This document shows positions 20,978-29,878 of a stretch of 42,028 nucleotides of DNA, in pieces (within the stretch, counting starts at the first letter, position 1; every line of letters begins with the position of its first letter). The stretch covers positions 2,244-44,271 of the forward strand of contig DNEP01000003.1 in NCBI GenBank assembly GCA_003487265.1, in the 5' to 3' direction. This DNA comes from Minisyncoccota bacterium (GTDB lineage Bacteria > Patescibacteriota > Microgenomatia > UBA1400 > UBA12028). Position numbers and translations under genes: made by a program. Below the pieces are notes generated by a model. It searched no databases, was not told where the DNA came from, and was given only the letters and a program-made list of their open reading frames with translations.

Positions 20978-21370
20978 ATGATAACCGATGGCATTGGCGA
21001 TATGATCGCCCGAATCAAAAATGGATATATGGCGCGAAAGGATCGTGTTGAAATTCCATTTTCAAAAGTGAAGATGCGAATTGCGGAAGTGTTAATCGCA
21101 GAAAAATATCTTTCTGATCTTGAAGTGAAGGAAGATGGTGTGAAGAAGACACTTGTGGTTACGCTTTCATATATTGAAGGGTCACCAGTCGTGAATGAGA
21201 TGAAGCGCGTGTCGAAGCCGGGATTGCGCAAGTACGCAAACTCACATCACATCCCAACGACATTAAACGGATATGGTCTTGTGATTGTAACGACGAGCAA
21301 AGGTGTGATGTCTGGTAAAGAAGCAAAAAAACTTGGAGTTGGAGGAGAGCTACTTTGTAGCATCTGGTAA
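20978..21370 (+). CDS. rpsH: 30S ribosomal protein uS8
   Basis: DM..RI.N, RVSKPG.R.Y, TSKGVM, GVGGELLC. Confidence 0.99.
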   Translation: MITDGIGDMIARIKNGYMARKDRVEIPFSKVKMRIAEVLIAEKYLSDLEVKEDGVKKTLVVTLSYIEGSPVVNEMKRVSKPGLRKYANSHHIPTTLNGYGLVIVTTSKGVMSGKEAKKLGVGGELLCSIW

Positions 21371-21373
21371 TCT

Positions 21374-21925
21374 ATGTCTAGAATTGGAAACAAAATCATC
21401 ACGATCCCTGCTGGTGTCACGGTAACCGTGGATGCAGATATGATCGTGGCCAAAGGAACAAAAGGCGAACTCAGAACTGTCGTTCCCAGCGTGATTCGTG
21501 TCAAGATTAAGGACAACATCATCACCGTTGAACGAATCAACGAAGAAAAACAATCAAAAGCGTTGCACGGACTTGTTCGTAGTTTAATCGCAAACACGAT
21601 TACAGGAGTTTCCGAAGGATACGAGAAGAAACTTGAACTTGTGGGAACTGGATACCGCGTTGCAATGCAGGGAACAACACTTCAACTTTCTGTTGGATTT
21701 TCCCATCAAGTGATGGTTGAACAGCCAAAAGGAATTGTGTTCGCGATCGAAGGAAACAACAAAATTAGCGTGAAGGGTTTTGATAAGCAACAGGTTGGAC
21801 AGGTTGCCGCGAACATTCGTAAAGTTCGCCCACCTGAACCCTACAAAGGAAAAGGAATTAAATACGAAGATGAAGTTATTCGAAGAAAAGCCGGAAAAGC
21901 GGTAAAAGCAGGAGCATCGGCCTAA
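21374..21925 (+). CDS. rplF: 50S ribosomal protein uL6
   Basis: [25 protein letters not shown]. Confidence 0.99.
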   Translation: MSRIGNKIITIPAGVTVTVDADMIVAKGTKGELRTVVPSVIRVKIKDNIITVERINEEKQSKALHGLVRSLIANTITGVSEGYEKKLELVGTGYRVAMQGTTLQLSVGFSHQVMVEQPKGIVFAIEGNNKISVKGFDKQQVGQVAANIRKVRPPEPYKGKGIKYEDEVIRRKAGKAVKAGASA

Positions 21926-21940
21926 GGCCAATGAAACATC

Positions 21941-22294
21941 ATGTCTAAAGTAAACCATCAATTGACCAGAGCAGATCACCGCAAACTTCGCGTTCGCGGA
22001 AAGATCTCCGGCTCGGCCTCACGGCCTCGCCTCTCGGTTTTTCGTTCAAATAAATACACCTATCTTCAAGCAATTGATGATGAAAACAGTGTGACGCTTT
22101 TTTCAGCGACCGAATCAGAAATCCAAGATGGTGGAACAAAGTCGGAACGCGCCAAGAAGATAACACAAGTCTTGGTCGAAAAAGCAAAAAAAGCAAAAGT
22201 TGAAGCATTTGTGTTTGACCGTGGATCGTATCGATATCACGGACGCGTAAAACTCATCGCAGAAGCGATGCGAGAAGCAGGAATGAAGGTATAA
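21941..22294 (+). CDS. rplR: 50S ribosomal protein uL18
   Basis: RPRLSVFRSN, VFDRG.Y.YHGRV...A...RE.G. Confidence 0.99.
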   Translation: MSKVNHQLTRADHRKLRVRGKISGSASRPRLSVFRSNKYTYLQAIDDENSVTLFSATESEIQDGGTKSERAKKITQVLVEKAKKAKVEAFVFDRGSYRYHGRVKLIAEAMREAGMKV

Positions 22295-22295
22295 C

Positions 22296-23051
22296 ATGCA
22301 AGATCGATCACAACGACCAGAAAAAGAGTTTGTCGAAAAAGTGATTCAAGTGAATCGCGTTTCGAAAAAAACAAAAGGTGGAAACCAAATGAGTTTCTCA
22401 GTCCTTGTTGTGATTGGTGACAAAAAAGGTCGCGTCGGTTCCGCACTTGGAAAAGCAAAAGACGTTTCTTCATCGGTTCAAAAAGCGGTGAAACGCGCAA
22501 AGCGCATGTTGATTCGCGTTCCCATGCACGGAACAACCATCCCATTCGCTCTCCGTATGAAGTTTGGCGCATCCGAGTTATTGATTAAACCAGCACCCCC
22601 CGGAAGCGGAATTATGGCCGGTGGATCGGTACGCGCAGTGCTCGACTCTGCTGGAATTCGCGATGTTTCGTGCAAAGTGCTTGGAACAAACAATCCTGTG
22701 ACAAACGTGTACGCGATGATGAAAGCGCTCAAACAGATGTCGACGATTGTGAAGTTGAAAAACATCACCCTTCGCACAGTTGAACAACAAGAATCAAAAG
22801 AAAAACTCGAACTTCGACACAGTGATGACAAAAAAACCGAGTCGGTTGTGGTAGATGCCTCGGCGAAGCCAGTAGTGGTTGAGAAAAAAGAGAAAAAGGT
22901 GCTCGTTGCGAAGACGGTTGGGAAAACAGGAAAAGCCGTTTCGAAGCCAACGGTGAAGAAAGCCAAAACTGCTGTTGAAAAAACCGCACAAAAAATAGAA
23001 AAAACCGCTTTGAAGGTAGAAAAAGTAAAAAAGACTGAAGTGAAAGAATAA
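22296..23051 (+). CDS. rpsE: 30S ribosomal protein uS5 with a long Lys-rich C-terminal extension
   Basis: RVSKKTKGG, V.GD.KG.VG...GKA, PA.PG.G..AGG.VR.V; ~100-aa tail. Confidence 0.98.
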   Translation: MQDRSQRPEKEFVEKVIQVNRVSKKTKGGNQMSFSVLVVIGDKKGRVGSALGKAKDVSSSVQKAVKRAKRMLIRVPMHGTTIPFALRMKFGASELLIKPAPPGSGIMAGGSVRAVLDSAGIRDVSCKVLGTNNPVTNVYAMMKALKQMSTIVKLKNITLRTVEQQESKEKLELRHSDDKKTESVVVDASAKPVVVEKKEKKVLVAKTVGKTGKAVSKPTVKKAKTAVEKTAQKIEKTALKVEKVKKTEVKE

Positions 23052-23053
23052 TC

Positions 23054-23494
23054 ATGACAAAACTACACGAACTTCCACATCTTGCCACACACCATGCAAA
23101 ACGTGTTGGTCGTGGGTTTGGATCTGGAAAAGGTGGACACACCACAGGACGCGGAACAAAAGGTCAACGATCTCGCGTTGGAAAAGGAATCCCCGTTTGG
23201 TTTGAAGGTGGACAGCTTCCCATGGTGAAAAAACTCCCCTATCTCCGCGGAAAAAGCAGATTTTCTTCCTTGAAGGCAGAAGCAACGTTGGTAACACTTG
23301 ATCATCTAGAAAAAATGAAACTCGAAACGATCACCATCGCGGACCTCAAAAAGGCGGGGGTAATTCGTTCGATCACAGAACCAGTAAAGGTTCTCTCAAA
23401 TGGGACATTGACCAAAGCGATCGTGTTGCAGGGGATCGCATGTACAAAATCTGCCAAATTAGCAATCGAAAAAGTTGGTGGACGAGTCGAATGA
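23054..23494 (+). CDS. rplO: 50S ribosomal protein uL15
   Basis: KRVGRG.GSG.G..T.GRG.KGQ.SR, FEGGQ.P, A...IEK.GG. Confidence 0.99.
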   Translation: MTKLHELPHLATHHAKRVGRGFGSGKGGHTTGRGTKGQRSRVGKGIPVWFEGGQLPMVKKLPYLRGKSRFSSLKAEATLVTLDHLEKMKLETITIADLKKAGVIRSITEPVKVLSNGTLTKAIVLQGIACTKSAKLAIEKVGGRVE

Positions 23495-23507
23495 AAGGAA
23501 TCCAAAC

Positions 23508-24791
23508 GTGCGAAGCGTGATGGAATTTCTTCAGAGAATCTGGGATTCTCGCGACACACGTAAGAGAGTTCTTTTCACTGCATCCATTTTCTTTTTAATT
23601 CGTTTGTTTGGACATCTCCCCGTTCCCGGCATCCGTATCGACCAGCTCCGCGTGTTGTTTGAGCAAAGTCCTCTCTTGGGAATGATTGATCTTTTCTCTG
23701 GTGGAACACTGGCAAACTTTTCGGTGATGGCAATTGGAATCAACCCGTACATTACCGCATCCATTATCATTCAGATGGCGACGTTTGTGTTTCCAAAACT
23801 CAAAGAAATTTCAAAAGAAGGAGAGTCCGGTCGAGAGCAAATCAATCAATACACGAGATTTCTCACCGTTCCCATCGCGGTGATTCAAAGCATTAGCGTG
23901 TTGTTTTTGCTCAATAGCCAGTCACTTGTTGAAACACAGAATCCACTGAACATTATTTCGATGGTGATGACTATGGTTGCGGGATCCATGATTATGGTTT
24001 GGTTGGGTGAGCTCATTACACAAAAAGGTCTTGGAAATGGAATCTCCATGATTATTTTTGCTGGTATTGTTGGACGCTATCCAATTTCGCTTATTCAATC
24101 ACTGAAAGTGACCCAATTTGAACAGCTCACTCCACTTTTTACAATTATTGGTCTTGGGGCAGTTGTGGTGAGTTCCATGGTGATTATGAATGAGGCGATT
24201 CGCAAAGTGTCCATTCACTACGCAACCCGCGTTCGAGGAAGTCAATCCTTCGGGACGCAGGCAACGCATCTTCCGTTAAAACTCAATCAAACAGGTGTTC
24301 TCCCAATTATTTTTGCGGTTTCTATGATGATGCTTCCATCGTTTTTGGGAAAGTTTTTACAACAAGTGCAAAACGTGCAGATTCAAGAGTTTGCGCAGTG
24401 GCTTGAGCTTTCGTTTCAACCGAATACGTCGTTGTATGCGATTGTGTATTTTGCACTCGTGGTTGCTTTTTCATATTTTTCGACTGCGGTGTTCTTTAAT
24501 CCAAAAGAAATTGCAGATGATCTCAAAAAAAGTGGCGCGTTTGTTCCAGGGGTTCGCCCAGGGAAACACACCGAAACATATCTTGGAAATCTGGTAACAC
24601 ACCTCACCCTTCCTGGAGCGATCTTTTTGGGAGTGATCGCGGTTCTTCCTACCTTTGTGCAATCAGCAACGAATATTTCCACTTTAACCGTTGGTGGAAC
24701 AGGATTGCTGATCGTTGTTTCGGTTGTGCTTGAAACGGTCAAACAAATAAAGTCGTCTCTTCTCGTACAAGATTACGACAAGTTTCGATAA
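23508..24791 (+). CDS. secY: Preprotein translocase subunit SecY
   Basis: GINPYITASII, GESGR..INQYTR, GLGNGIS.IIF.GI, G.FVPGVRPG, GGT.LLI.V.V. Start is GTG 23508 (AAAGGA 8 nt upstream) or ATG 23520. Confidence 0.98.
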   Translation: MRSVMEFLQRIWDSRDTRKRVLFTASIFFLIRLFGHLPVPGIRIDQLRVLFEQSPLLGMIDLFSGGTLANFSVMAIGINPYITASIIIQMATFVFPKLKEISKEGESGREQINQYTRFLTVPIAVIQSISVLFLLNSQSLVETQNPLNIISMVMTMVAGSMIMVWLGELITQKGLGNGISMIIFAGIVGRYPISLIQSLKVTQFEQLTPLFTIIGLGAVVVSSMVIMNEAIRKVSIHYATRVRGSQSFGTQATHLPLKLNQTGVLPIIFAVSMMMLPSFLGKFLQQVQNVQIQEFAQWLELSFQPNTSLYAIVYFALVVAFSYFSTAVFFNPKEIADDLKKSGAFVPGVRPGKHTETYLGNLVTHLTLPGAIFLGVIAVLPTFVQSATNISTLTVGGTGLLIVVSVVLETVKQIKSSLLVQDYDKFR

Positions 24792-24812
24792 CGAATAACA
24801 AGAAAGGCGGAT

Positions 24813-25352
24813 ATGAAAATTATCCTTATTGGTATTCAGGGCGCGGGAAAATCCACGCAAGGAAATCTTGTGTCGGAAGCGCTTCACATCCCCTACCTTT
24901 CCAGCGGACACATTTTCCGCGAGATGGCGAAAGAAAAAACGCCGTGGGGTCGCTACGTGAAAGAAACAATCAACAGTGGCGCGTTGATGCCAGATGACAA
25001 AACCACACAAATCATTGAAGAATATTTGAAAAAAGAAGACTACACGAACGGGTATATCCTTGATGGTTTCCCTCGTACGGTTCCTCAAGCAGAAATCTTT
25101 TCGAACGGTGTTGATAAGGTGATCTATCTTAAAGTGAGTGACAAAGAAGCGTTGTGGCGCATTTCGGGGCGTTCGGCAGATCGTGAAGACGAAACGCTTT
25201 CGGCAATTCGAAAGCGCATCGCGAGTTTTCATGAGCACACCGAAAAAGTGATTCAATATTATCGAGAAAAAGGGAGACTGATCGAGGTTGATGGAGAGCG
25301 AGATATTCAAGAAATCTTTAACGACATCATGGATCACGTCAAAGAATCATGA
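24813..25352 (+). CDS. adk: Adenylate kinase, short-LID type
   Basis: GIQGAGKST, SSGHIFR, GYILDGFPR...Q; LID reduced to GRSADRED; follows secY. Confidence 0.93.
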   Translation: MKIILIGIQGAGKSTQGNLVSEALHIPYLSSGHIFREMAKEKTPWGRYVKETINSGALMPDDKTTQIIEEYLKKEDYTNGYILDGFPRTVPQAEIFSNGVDKVIYLKVSDKEALWRISGRSADREDETLSAIRKRIASFHEHTEKVIQYYREKGRLIEVDGERDIQEIFNDIMDHVKES

Positions 25353-26107
25353 CGCAACTTCAAAAATCGGCGATCGAAGCAGGAAAAAAACTCGCGATTG
25401 TTCGTGAACGCGCGCTTTCCGCGGTTGCGGTTGGAGTCTCTTTTGAAGAGCTTGAAAAAATTGCGCAAGAAGAAATAAAAAATCAGGGCGCGGTTCCCTC
25501 GTTTCCAACGGTTGGCGATTACAAGTGGGCAACCTGCATCACGAAAAATGAAGGCTGTTGTCATGGGATTCCCCGAGAGCTTGTTGTGGAAGATGGCGAC
25601 ATTATCACCATCGACGTCGGGCTCATTTGGGAAGGTGTGCACTCTGATACCGCTTCAACGGTGTGTGCGGGAAGCTGTTCTCAAAAAGTGCAAGATTTTC
25701 TTGAAACGGGGAAGCGTTCGCTAGCCAATGCCATTCGCACCGCGAAAGTGGGGCGCTCTGTCTACGATATCGGTCTGGCCATGCAGGAGGCGATAGAATC
25801 GCGCGGATGTTCTGCCGTGTATCAACTCACCGGTCATGGAATTGGCCACAAGCTTCATCTGGAGCCAAATATTCCCTGTTTTGGCGATGACCGATATAAA
25901 AAGATCAAGATTCGCGAAGGTCAACTTCTCGCAATTGAGGTGATGTACGCACAAGGGGATCCAACGCTCGTGCTTGCCGAGGACGGGTGGACCTATCAAA
26001 GTGCCGATAGATCGCTCACGGGGATGTTTGAACATACCGTCCTTGTAGGTCAGTACAACACCCAGATTCTCACAATTTCACCTCTTGAGAAGAATGGTGT
26101 GGTCTGA
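25349..26107 (+). CDS. map: Methionine aminopeptidase type I
   Basis: N...CHGIP, GDI.TID.G, SDTA.T, GHGIG..LH..P, AIE.M, FEHTV. Confidence 0.97.
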   Translation: MTQLQKSAIEAGKKLAIVRERALSAVAVGVSFEELEKIAQEEIKNQGAVPSFPTVGDYKWATCITKNEGCCHGIPRELVVEDGDIITIDVGLIWEGVHSDTASTVCAGSCSQKVQDFLETGKRSLANAIRTAKVGRSVYDIGLAMQEAIESRGCSAVYQLTGHGIGHKLHLEPNIPCFGDDRYKKIKIREGQLLAIEVMYAQGDPTLVLAEDGWTYQSADRSLTGMFEHTVLVGQYNTQILTISPLEKNGVV

Positions 26108-26113
26108 TACAAT
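26085..26113 (+). promoter_or_regulatory. sigma70 promoter for infA-rpmJ-alpha operon
   Basis: TTGAGA-17 nt-TACAAT; the TG extension is supplied by the map TGA stop. Confidence 0.7.
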
Positions 26114-26163
26114 GCACAAACCCTGTAAATCAGGGAATTCCTTTTGTTGAAAATTAGGAGGAT

Positions 26164-26403
26164 ATGCCATCAGTCGACACATTTGAGGTTACGGGAGAGA
26201 TCATCGAAACTTTGCCAAACATGACGTTTCGCGTACAAGTTTCAGAGGGTCCCGAAGCCCTGATTAAAACATTGATTCTTTGCACACTTGCTGGAAAGAT
26301 GAAGATGTTTCGAATTAAGGTTATGCTTGGTGACATTGTCAAAGCGGAGGTTTCGAAGTATGATACCACCCGCGGAAGAATCACCTTCCGTGTGAGGAAT
26401 TAA
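26164..26403 (+). CDS. infA: Translation initiation factor IF-1
   Basis: G.I.E.LPN..FRV, GKMK...I....GD.V..E.S.YD..RGRI..R. Confidence 0.97.
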   Translation: MPSVDTFEVTGEIIETLPNMTFRVQVSEGPEALIKTLILCTLAGKMKMFRIKVMLGDIVKAEVSKYDTTRGRITFRVRN

Positions 26404-26417
26404 CTCGGATACAACAC

Positions 26418-26531
26418 ATGAAAGTAAAAGCGTCAATAAAACCACGATGTAGAGAGTGCAAAACAATCCGTCGCCATGGAAAGCGATATATTGTTTGTTC
26501 TAATCCACGTCATAAGCAGAGGCAAGGGTAA
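26418..26531 (+). CDS. rpmJ: 50S ribosomal protein bL36 (not in ORF track)
   Basis: Translated by hand: [37 protein letters not shown], the Zn-ribbon type. Confidence 0.98.
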   Translation: MKVKASIKPRCRECKTIRRHGKRYIVCSNPRHKQRQG

Positions 26532-26534
26532 CAT

Positions 26535-26936
26535 ATGCCACGTATTGGTGGAATCGACATTCCAATTCAAAAGAAAACGCGCATCGCATTGCGATACATT
26601 TTTGGTGTTGGCGCAACGAACTCAGACATGGTGTTGCGAGAAGCTCGAGTGGATGGTGAGAAACGCGCAAAAGATTTGACAGCCGACGAAATCGCACGCC
26701 TTCAACGCGTGATGGACAAAATCAACACGGAAGGTGCTCTTCGTAAAATTGTTCGAGAAAACATCGAACGACTCAAGCGCATCGGTTCCTACAGAGGCCT
26801 CCGACATATCCACAGTCTTCCCGTTCACGGTCAACGCACACGCGTAAACGCGCGTACTCGTCGCGGAAAGAGAAAGACCATTGGAGCCTTGTCGAAAGAA
26901 GTAGCAGAGAAGATGGCAGCACCAGCAAAGAAATAA
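26535..26936 (+). CDS. rpsM: 30S ribosomal protein uS13
   Basis: RI.G.DIP, YIFGVG, YRGLRH...LPV.GQRT..NARTR.G. Confidence 0.99.
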   Translation: MPRIGGIDIPIQKKTRIALRYIFGVGATNSDMVLREARVDGEKRAKDLTADEIARLQRVMDKINTEGALRKIVRENIERLKRIGSYRGLRHIHSLPVHGQRTRVNARTRRGKRKTIGALSKEVAEKMAAPAKK

Positions 26937-26974
26937 CGAAATAACGCAACTCAAGCGCAAAACCGAAAGAAATT

Positions 26975-27361
26975 ATGGCACAAATCATTAAAAAACAGAA
27001 AAAACAAGATCGACACGTTGCGAAAGGACGTATCTACGTTCAAGCAACCTTTAACAACACGATTGTGACGGTCACAGATGAACAAGGAAACACCGTCGCT
27101 TGGGGTTCAACGGGAGCCTCTGGTTTTTCTGGCTCAAGAAAATCAACTCCATATGCCGCAACGGTTGGGATCGAGAAAGCGGTCGAAAAAGCAAAAGAAA
27201 TTGGGATGCGAACGGTTGAGGTATATATCAAAGGTCCAGGGCCAGGACGCGATGCGGTTCTCCGTGTCGTAAAGTCCGCAGGAATGCAGATCATTATGGT
27301 TGCAGATGTAACTCCAATTCCGCACAACGGAACACGACAAAGAAAGTTGAGACATGGCTAG
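26975..27361 (+). CDS. rpsK: 30S ribosomal protein uS11
   Basis: TFNNTIVT.TD, GSRKSTPYAA, GPGPGR, DVTPIPHNG. Confidence 0.99.
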   Translation: MAQIIKKQKKQDRHVAKGRIYVQATFNNTIVTVTDEQGNTVAWGSTGASGFSGSRKSTPYAATVGIEKAVEKAKEIGMRTVEVYIKGPGPGRDAVLRVVKSAGMQIIMVADVTPIPHNGTRQRKLRHG

Positions 27362-27962
27362 ACAAACAGGACCAAAAAACAGACTCGCACGACGCGTTCT
27401 TCAAGATATTGGATTGAAGTCCAACTCGGCGAAGGTGGCGAAGCGTATTACCGTGCTCCCTGGATTGCACGGAAAAATGGGACGCCGAAAATCTTCAGAA
27501 TACGCAGAACAACTTTTGGAAAAGCAAAAAGTGAAACACATGTACGGATTACTCGAAAAGCAGTTTCGTAAACAATACGAACTTGCCACAAGAAACCCAT
27601 CTTCAACAGGAAAAGTGCTTTTGATTTCTCTTGAACGAAGACTCGACAATGTTATTTTTCGACTTGGATTTGCAAACACCCGCGCCGGCGCACGACAACT
27701 CGTGAACCATGAACATGTTTTGGTGAATGACAAAAAAGTGTCAATTCCTTCATATTCTGTGAAAAAAGGTGATGTGATTCGATTAACGGACAAAACACTC
27801 AAAATGCCGGTTGTGGCAGACCTTTTGAAAGAGAAAAAAGTTTCGACATCAACATGGCTAAAACGCGAGGGAGCGGTTGGTATGGTTGCCACTCTTCCTG
27901 AACGTGAAGACATTGATGCGGGAATCAACGAACAACTCATTATTGAGTTTTACAGTCGATAA
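27354..27962 (+). CDS. rpsD: 30S ribosomal protein uS4
   Basis: SEY..QL.EKQK, LE.RLDN..FRLG, ARQLV.H, NEQLIIEFYSR. Confidence 0.99.
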   Translation: MARQTGPKNRLARRVLQDIGLKSNSAKVAKRITVLPGLHGKMGRRKSSEYAEQLLEKQKVKHMYGLLEKQFRKQYELATRNPSSTGKVLLISLERRLDNVIFRLGFANTRAGARQLVNHEHVLVNDKKVSIPSYSVKKGDVIRLTDKTLKMPVVADLLKEKKVSTSTWLKREGAVGMVATLPEREDIDAGINEQLIIEFYSR

Positions 27963-28049
27963 TAACGGTATTAACGCGTGGACGTAACAGATGCAGATGA
28001 TGGTAGACATCTGCGGGACCCATCCACGATAGAAAAAAGGAGACCTACC

Positions 28050-28958
28050 ATGATCCAACCAACATTCGCAGTCACGGCTGAAGAGCTTGACGGCAACACA
28101 ACGCTTGTTCTTGAACCATTAGAAAAAGGATATGGGCACACGCTCGGAAACGCGCTGCGTCGCGTGCTCCTCTCTTCTTTGGATGGTGTTGCGATCACAT
28201 CCGTAAAAGTGAAAGGCGTGAATCATCAATTCACCACACTTCAAGGAATGAGTGAGGATATTGTCGAGTTGATCTTAAACTTAAAACAAGTTCGATTACA
28301 ATCGAAAACAGACGGTCCCTTTACACTTACCATCGATGCCAAAAAACAAAAAGAAGTTACCGCAAAAGACATTCAAGTTTCGGGCGATGTTACTGTGGTT
28401 AACAAAGACCTCCACCTTGCTTCGTTAGTTGATGGCGCAACCCTTTCGGTCGAGATGACCGCAGAACGAGGTCTCGGTTACTCCTTGGCCTCTGAGCGCA
28501 AGAGTGAGGTTGTCGGACTGATCCCAGTTGATGCAATGTTTTCACCAGTTGTCAAAGTTTCCTACACTGTTGTTTCAACACGTGTTGGACGCAAGACAGA
28601 CTTCGATAAATTGGTGATGAACATCACAACAGACGGCACCGTCGATCCCAAGGACGCGCTTGAAAAAGCGGCAAAGGTGCTTGTGCGACAGTTCCAACAA
28701 GTGTACGAGCCAGTTTTCGAGGAAGCACCGGTTGTGGTTCTTGTGAAAGATGACGGTTCTTTGAAACTTTCCATTGAAGAGCTCGATCTTCCAACGCGTA
28801 TCTCAAATGCATTCAAAAAAGCGGGATACAAAACAGTTGAGGATCTTTTGATGGCAGGTCGTTCCACACTTGTGAAGGTGAAAAACTTAGGAGAAAAGAG
28901 TATAGAAATCGTAGAGGAAGCGTTGAACAAGCGCAGCCTCTCCTTAAAGGACGCCTAA
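28050..28958 (+). CDS. rpoA: DNA-directed RNA polymerase subunit alpha
   Basis: EPLEKGYG.TLGNALRR.LLSS, IPVDA.FSPV, RVG..TDFDKL, and alpha-CTD (IEEL.L..R..N, NLG.KS). ATG 28050 follows AAAGGAG. Confidence 0.99.
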   Translation: MIQPTFAVTAEELDGNTTLVLEPLEKGYGHTLGNALRRVLLSSLDGVAITSVKVKGVNHQFTTLQGMSEDIVELILNLKQVRLQSKTDGPFTLTIDAKKQKEVTAKDIQVSGDVTVVNKDLHLASLVDGATLSVEMTAERGLGYSLASERKSEVVGLIPVDAMFSPVVKVSYTVVSTRVGRKTDFDKLVMNITTDGTVDPKDALEKAAKVLVRQFQQVYEPVFEEAPVVVLVKDDGSLKLSIEELDLPTRISNAFKKAGYKTVEDLLMAGRSTLVKVKNLGEKSIEIVEEALNKRSLSLKDA

Positions 28959-28959
28959 T

Positions 28960-29451
28960 ATGAGACATCGAATCGCAGATAAAAAACTCAATCGTGACTC
29001 AAAACATCGCAAGGCGTTATTAAAAAATCTCATCGCTTCTTTGTTTGAGCGCGGTGAGATCACAACGACTGAAACGAAAGCAAAAGCGGTTAAAGGTTTA
29101 GTGGACAAAATAATCCACAAAGCGCAGGCAGGAACCGTTTCTGCTCGACGTGTGATTGCCGCGTTTTTCGGAAAGCGCTCATTGGTGAATACCGTGGTTG
29201 ATGATATTGCGCCAAAAATGAAGGATCGTTCGAGTGGTTTCACCCGTATGGTTCGACTCGGTAACCGTCGTGGAGATAACGCGCCAATCGTGAAGATGGA
29301 GTTGCTTGAAAAACCAACAGGGAAACCAGTTGTTGAAAAAGAAGTAAAAGTGAAACCAGTTGAAGGCGAAGAGGTTAAGAAAGTCGCAAAAGTAACCAAA
29401 GTTACCAAAACCACTAAAGTCGCGAAAGTCACGAAAGCGAAAGGGAAGTAA
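28960..29451 (+). CDS. rplQ: 50S ribosomal protein bL17 with a Lys-rich repetitive tail
   Basis: MRH....KL.R...HR.ALL.NL, ITTT..KAK, R.SG.TR......R.GD.A. Confidence 0.98.
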   Translation: MRHRIADKKLNRDSKHRKALLKNLIASLFERGEITTTETKAKAVKGLVDKIIHKAQAGTVSARRVIAAFFGKRSLVNTVVDDIAPKMKDRSSGFTRMVRLGNRRGDNAPIVKMELLEKPTGKPVVEKEVKVKPVEGEEVKKVAKVTKVTKTTKVAKVTKAKGK

Positions 29452-29870
29452 TGGTACGCACATACGTTGATAAACAATCAGATATTGATCGCAAATGGCA
29501 CCTTGTAGATGCAAAGGGAAAAGTGCTTGGAAAAGTTGCGACCGAGATCGCGCTTTACCTTCAAGGTAAACACAAGCCAACCTACACCCCTCACCTCGAC
29601 AACGGCGATTTTGTTGTTGTGATTAATGTTAAAGAAGTTGAGGTTACTCGAAACAAGCCAAAAACAATGATGTACTACCGTCACTCAGGTATCCCAGGAG
29701 GCTTTCGTCAAGAATCATTTGCTGATCTCATTGAAAGAAATCCAAAGAAGTTAATGGAGTTGTCGGTTAAAGGTATGATTCCTCAAAACAGACTTCGCGA
29801 CGTTCGTTTGCGAAGACTTAAGGTTTTTGAGGGAGCAGAACACATCTATTCGGATAAATTCGCAAAATAA
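29451..29870 (+). CDS. rplM: 50S ribosomal protein uL13
   Basis: W..VDA.G..LG, GKHKPTYTPH.D.GD.V.VIN, YYRHSG.PGG. Confidence 0.99.
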   Translation: MVRTYVDKQSDIDRKWHLVDAKGKVLGKVATEIALYLQGKHKPTYTPHLDNGDFVVVINVKEVEVTRNKPKTMMYYRHSGIPGGFRQESFADLIERNPKKLMELSVKGMIPQNRLRDVRLRRLKVFEGAEHIYSDKFAK

Positions 29871-29878
29871 AGGACGTT

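Noticed and set aside
26114-26163. Small stems in the infA leader (CCCTG/CAGGG; TCCT against the SD)
   Set aside because: Too short and weak to distinguish from chance without comparative data.
26929-26946. AAATAACG direct repeat after rpsM
   Set aside because: Two copies of 8 nt overlapping the stop codon; likely a trivial slippage duplication.
27978-28049. 24-aa N-terminal extension of RpoA from GTG 27978
   Set aside because: A strong SD precedes ATG 28050, and the upstream sequence is better explained as structured RNA.
2265-29580. Many 60-217 aa antisense or alternate-frame ORFs (e.g. 4740-5288, 6519-7109, 24684-25337, 27401-27940)
   Set aside because: They lie wholly over conserved genes and show no recognisable motifs; they are shadow ORFs.
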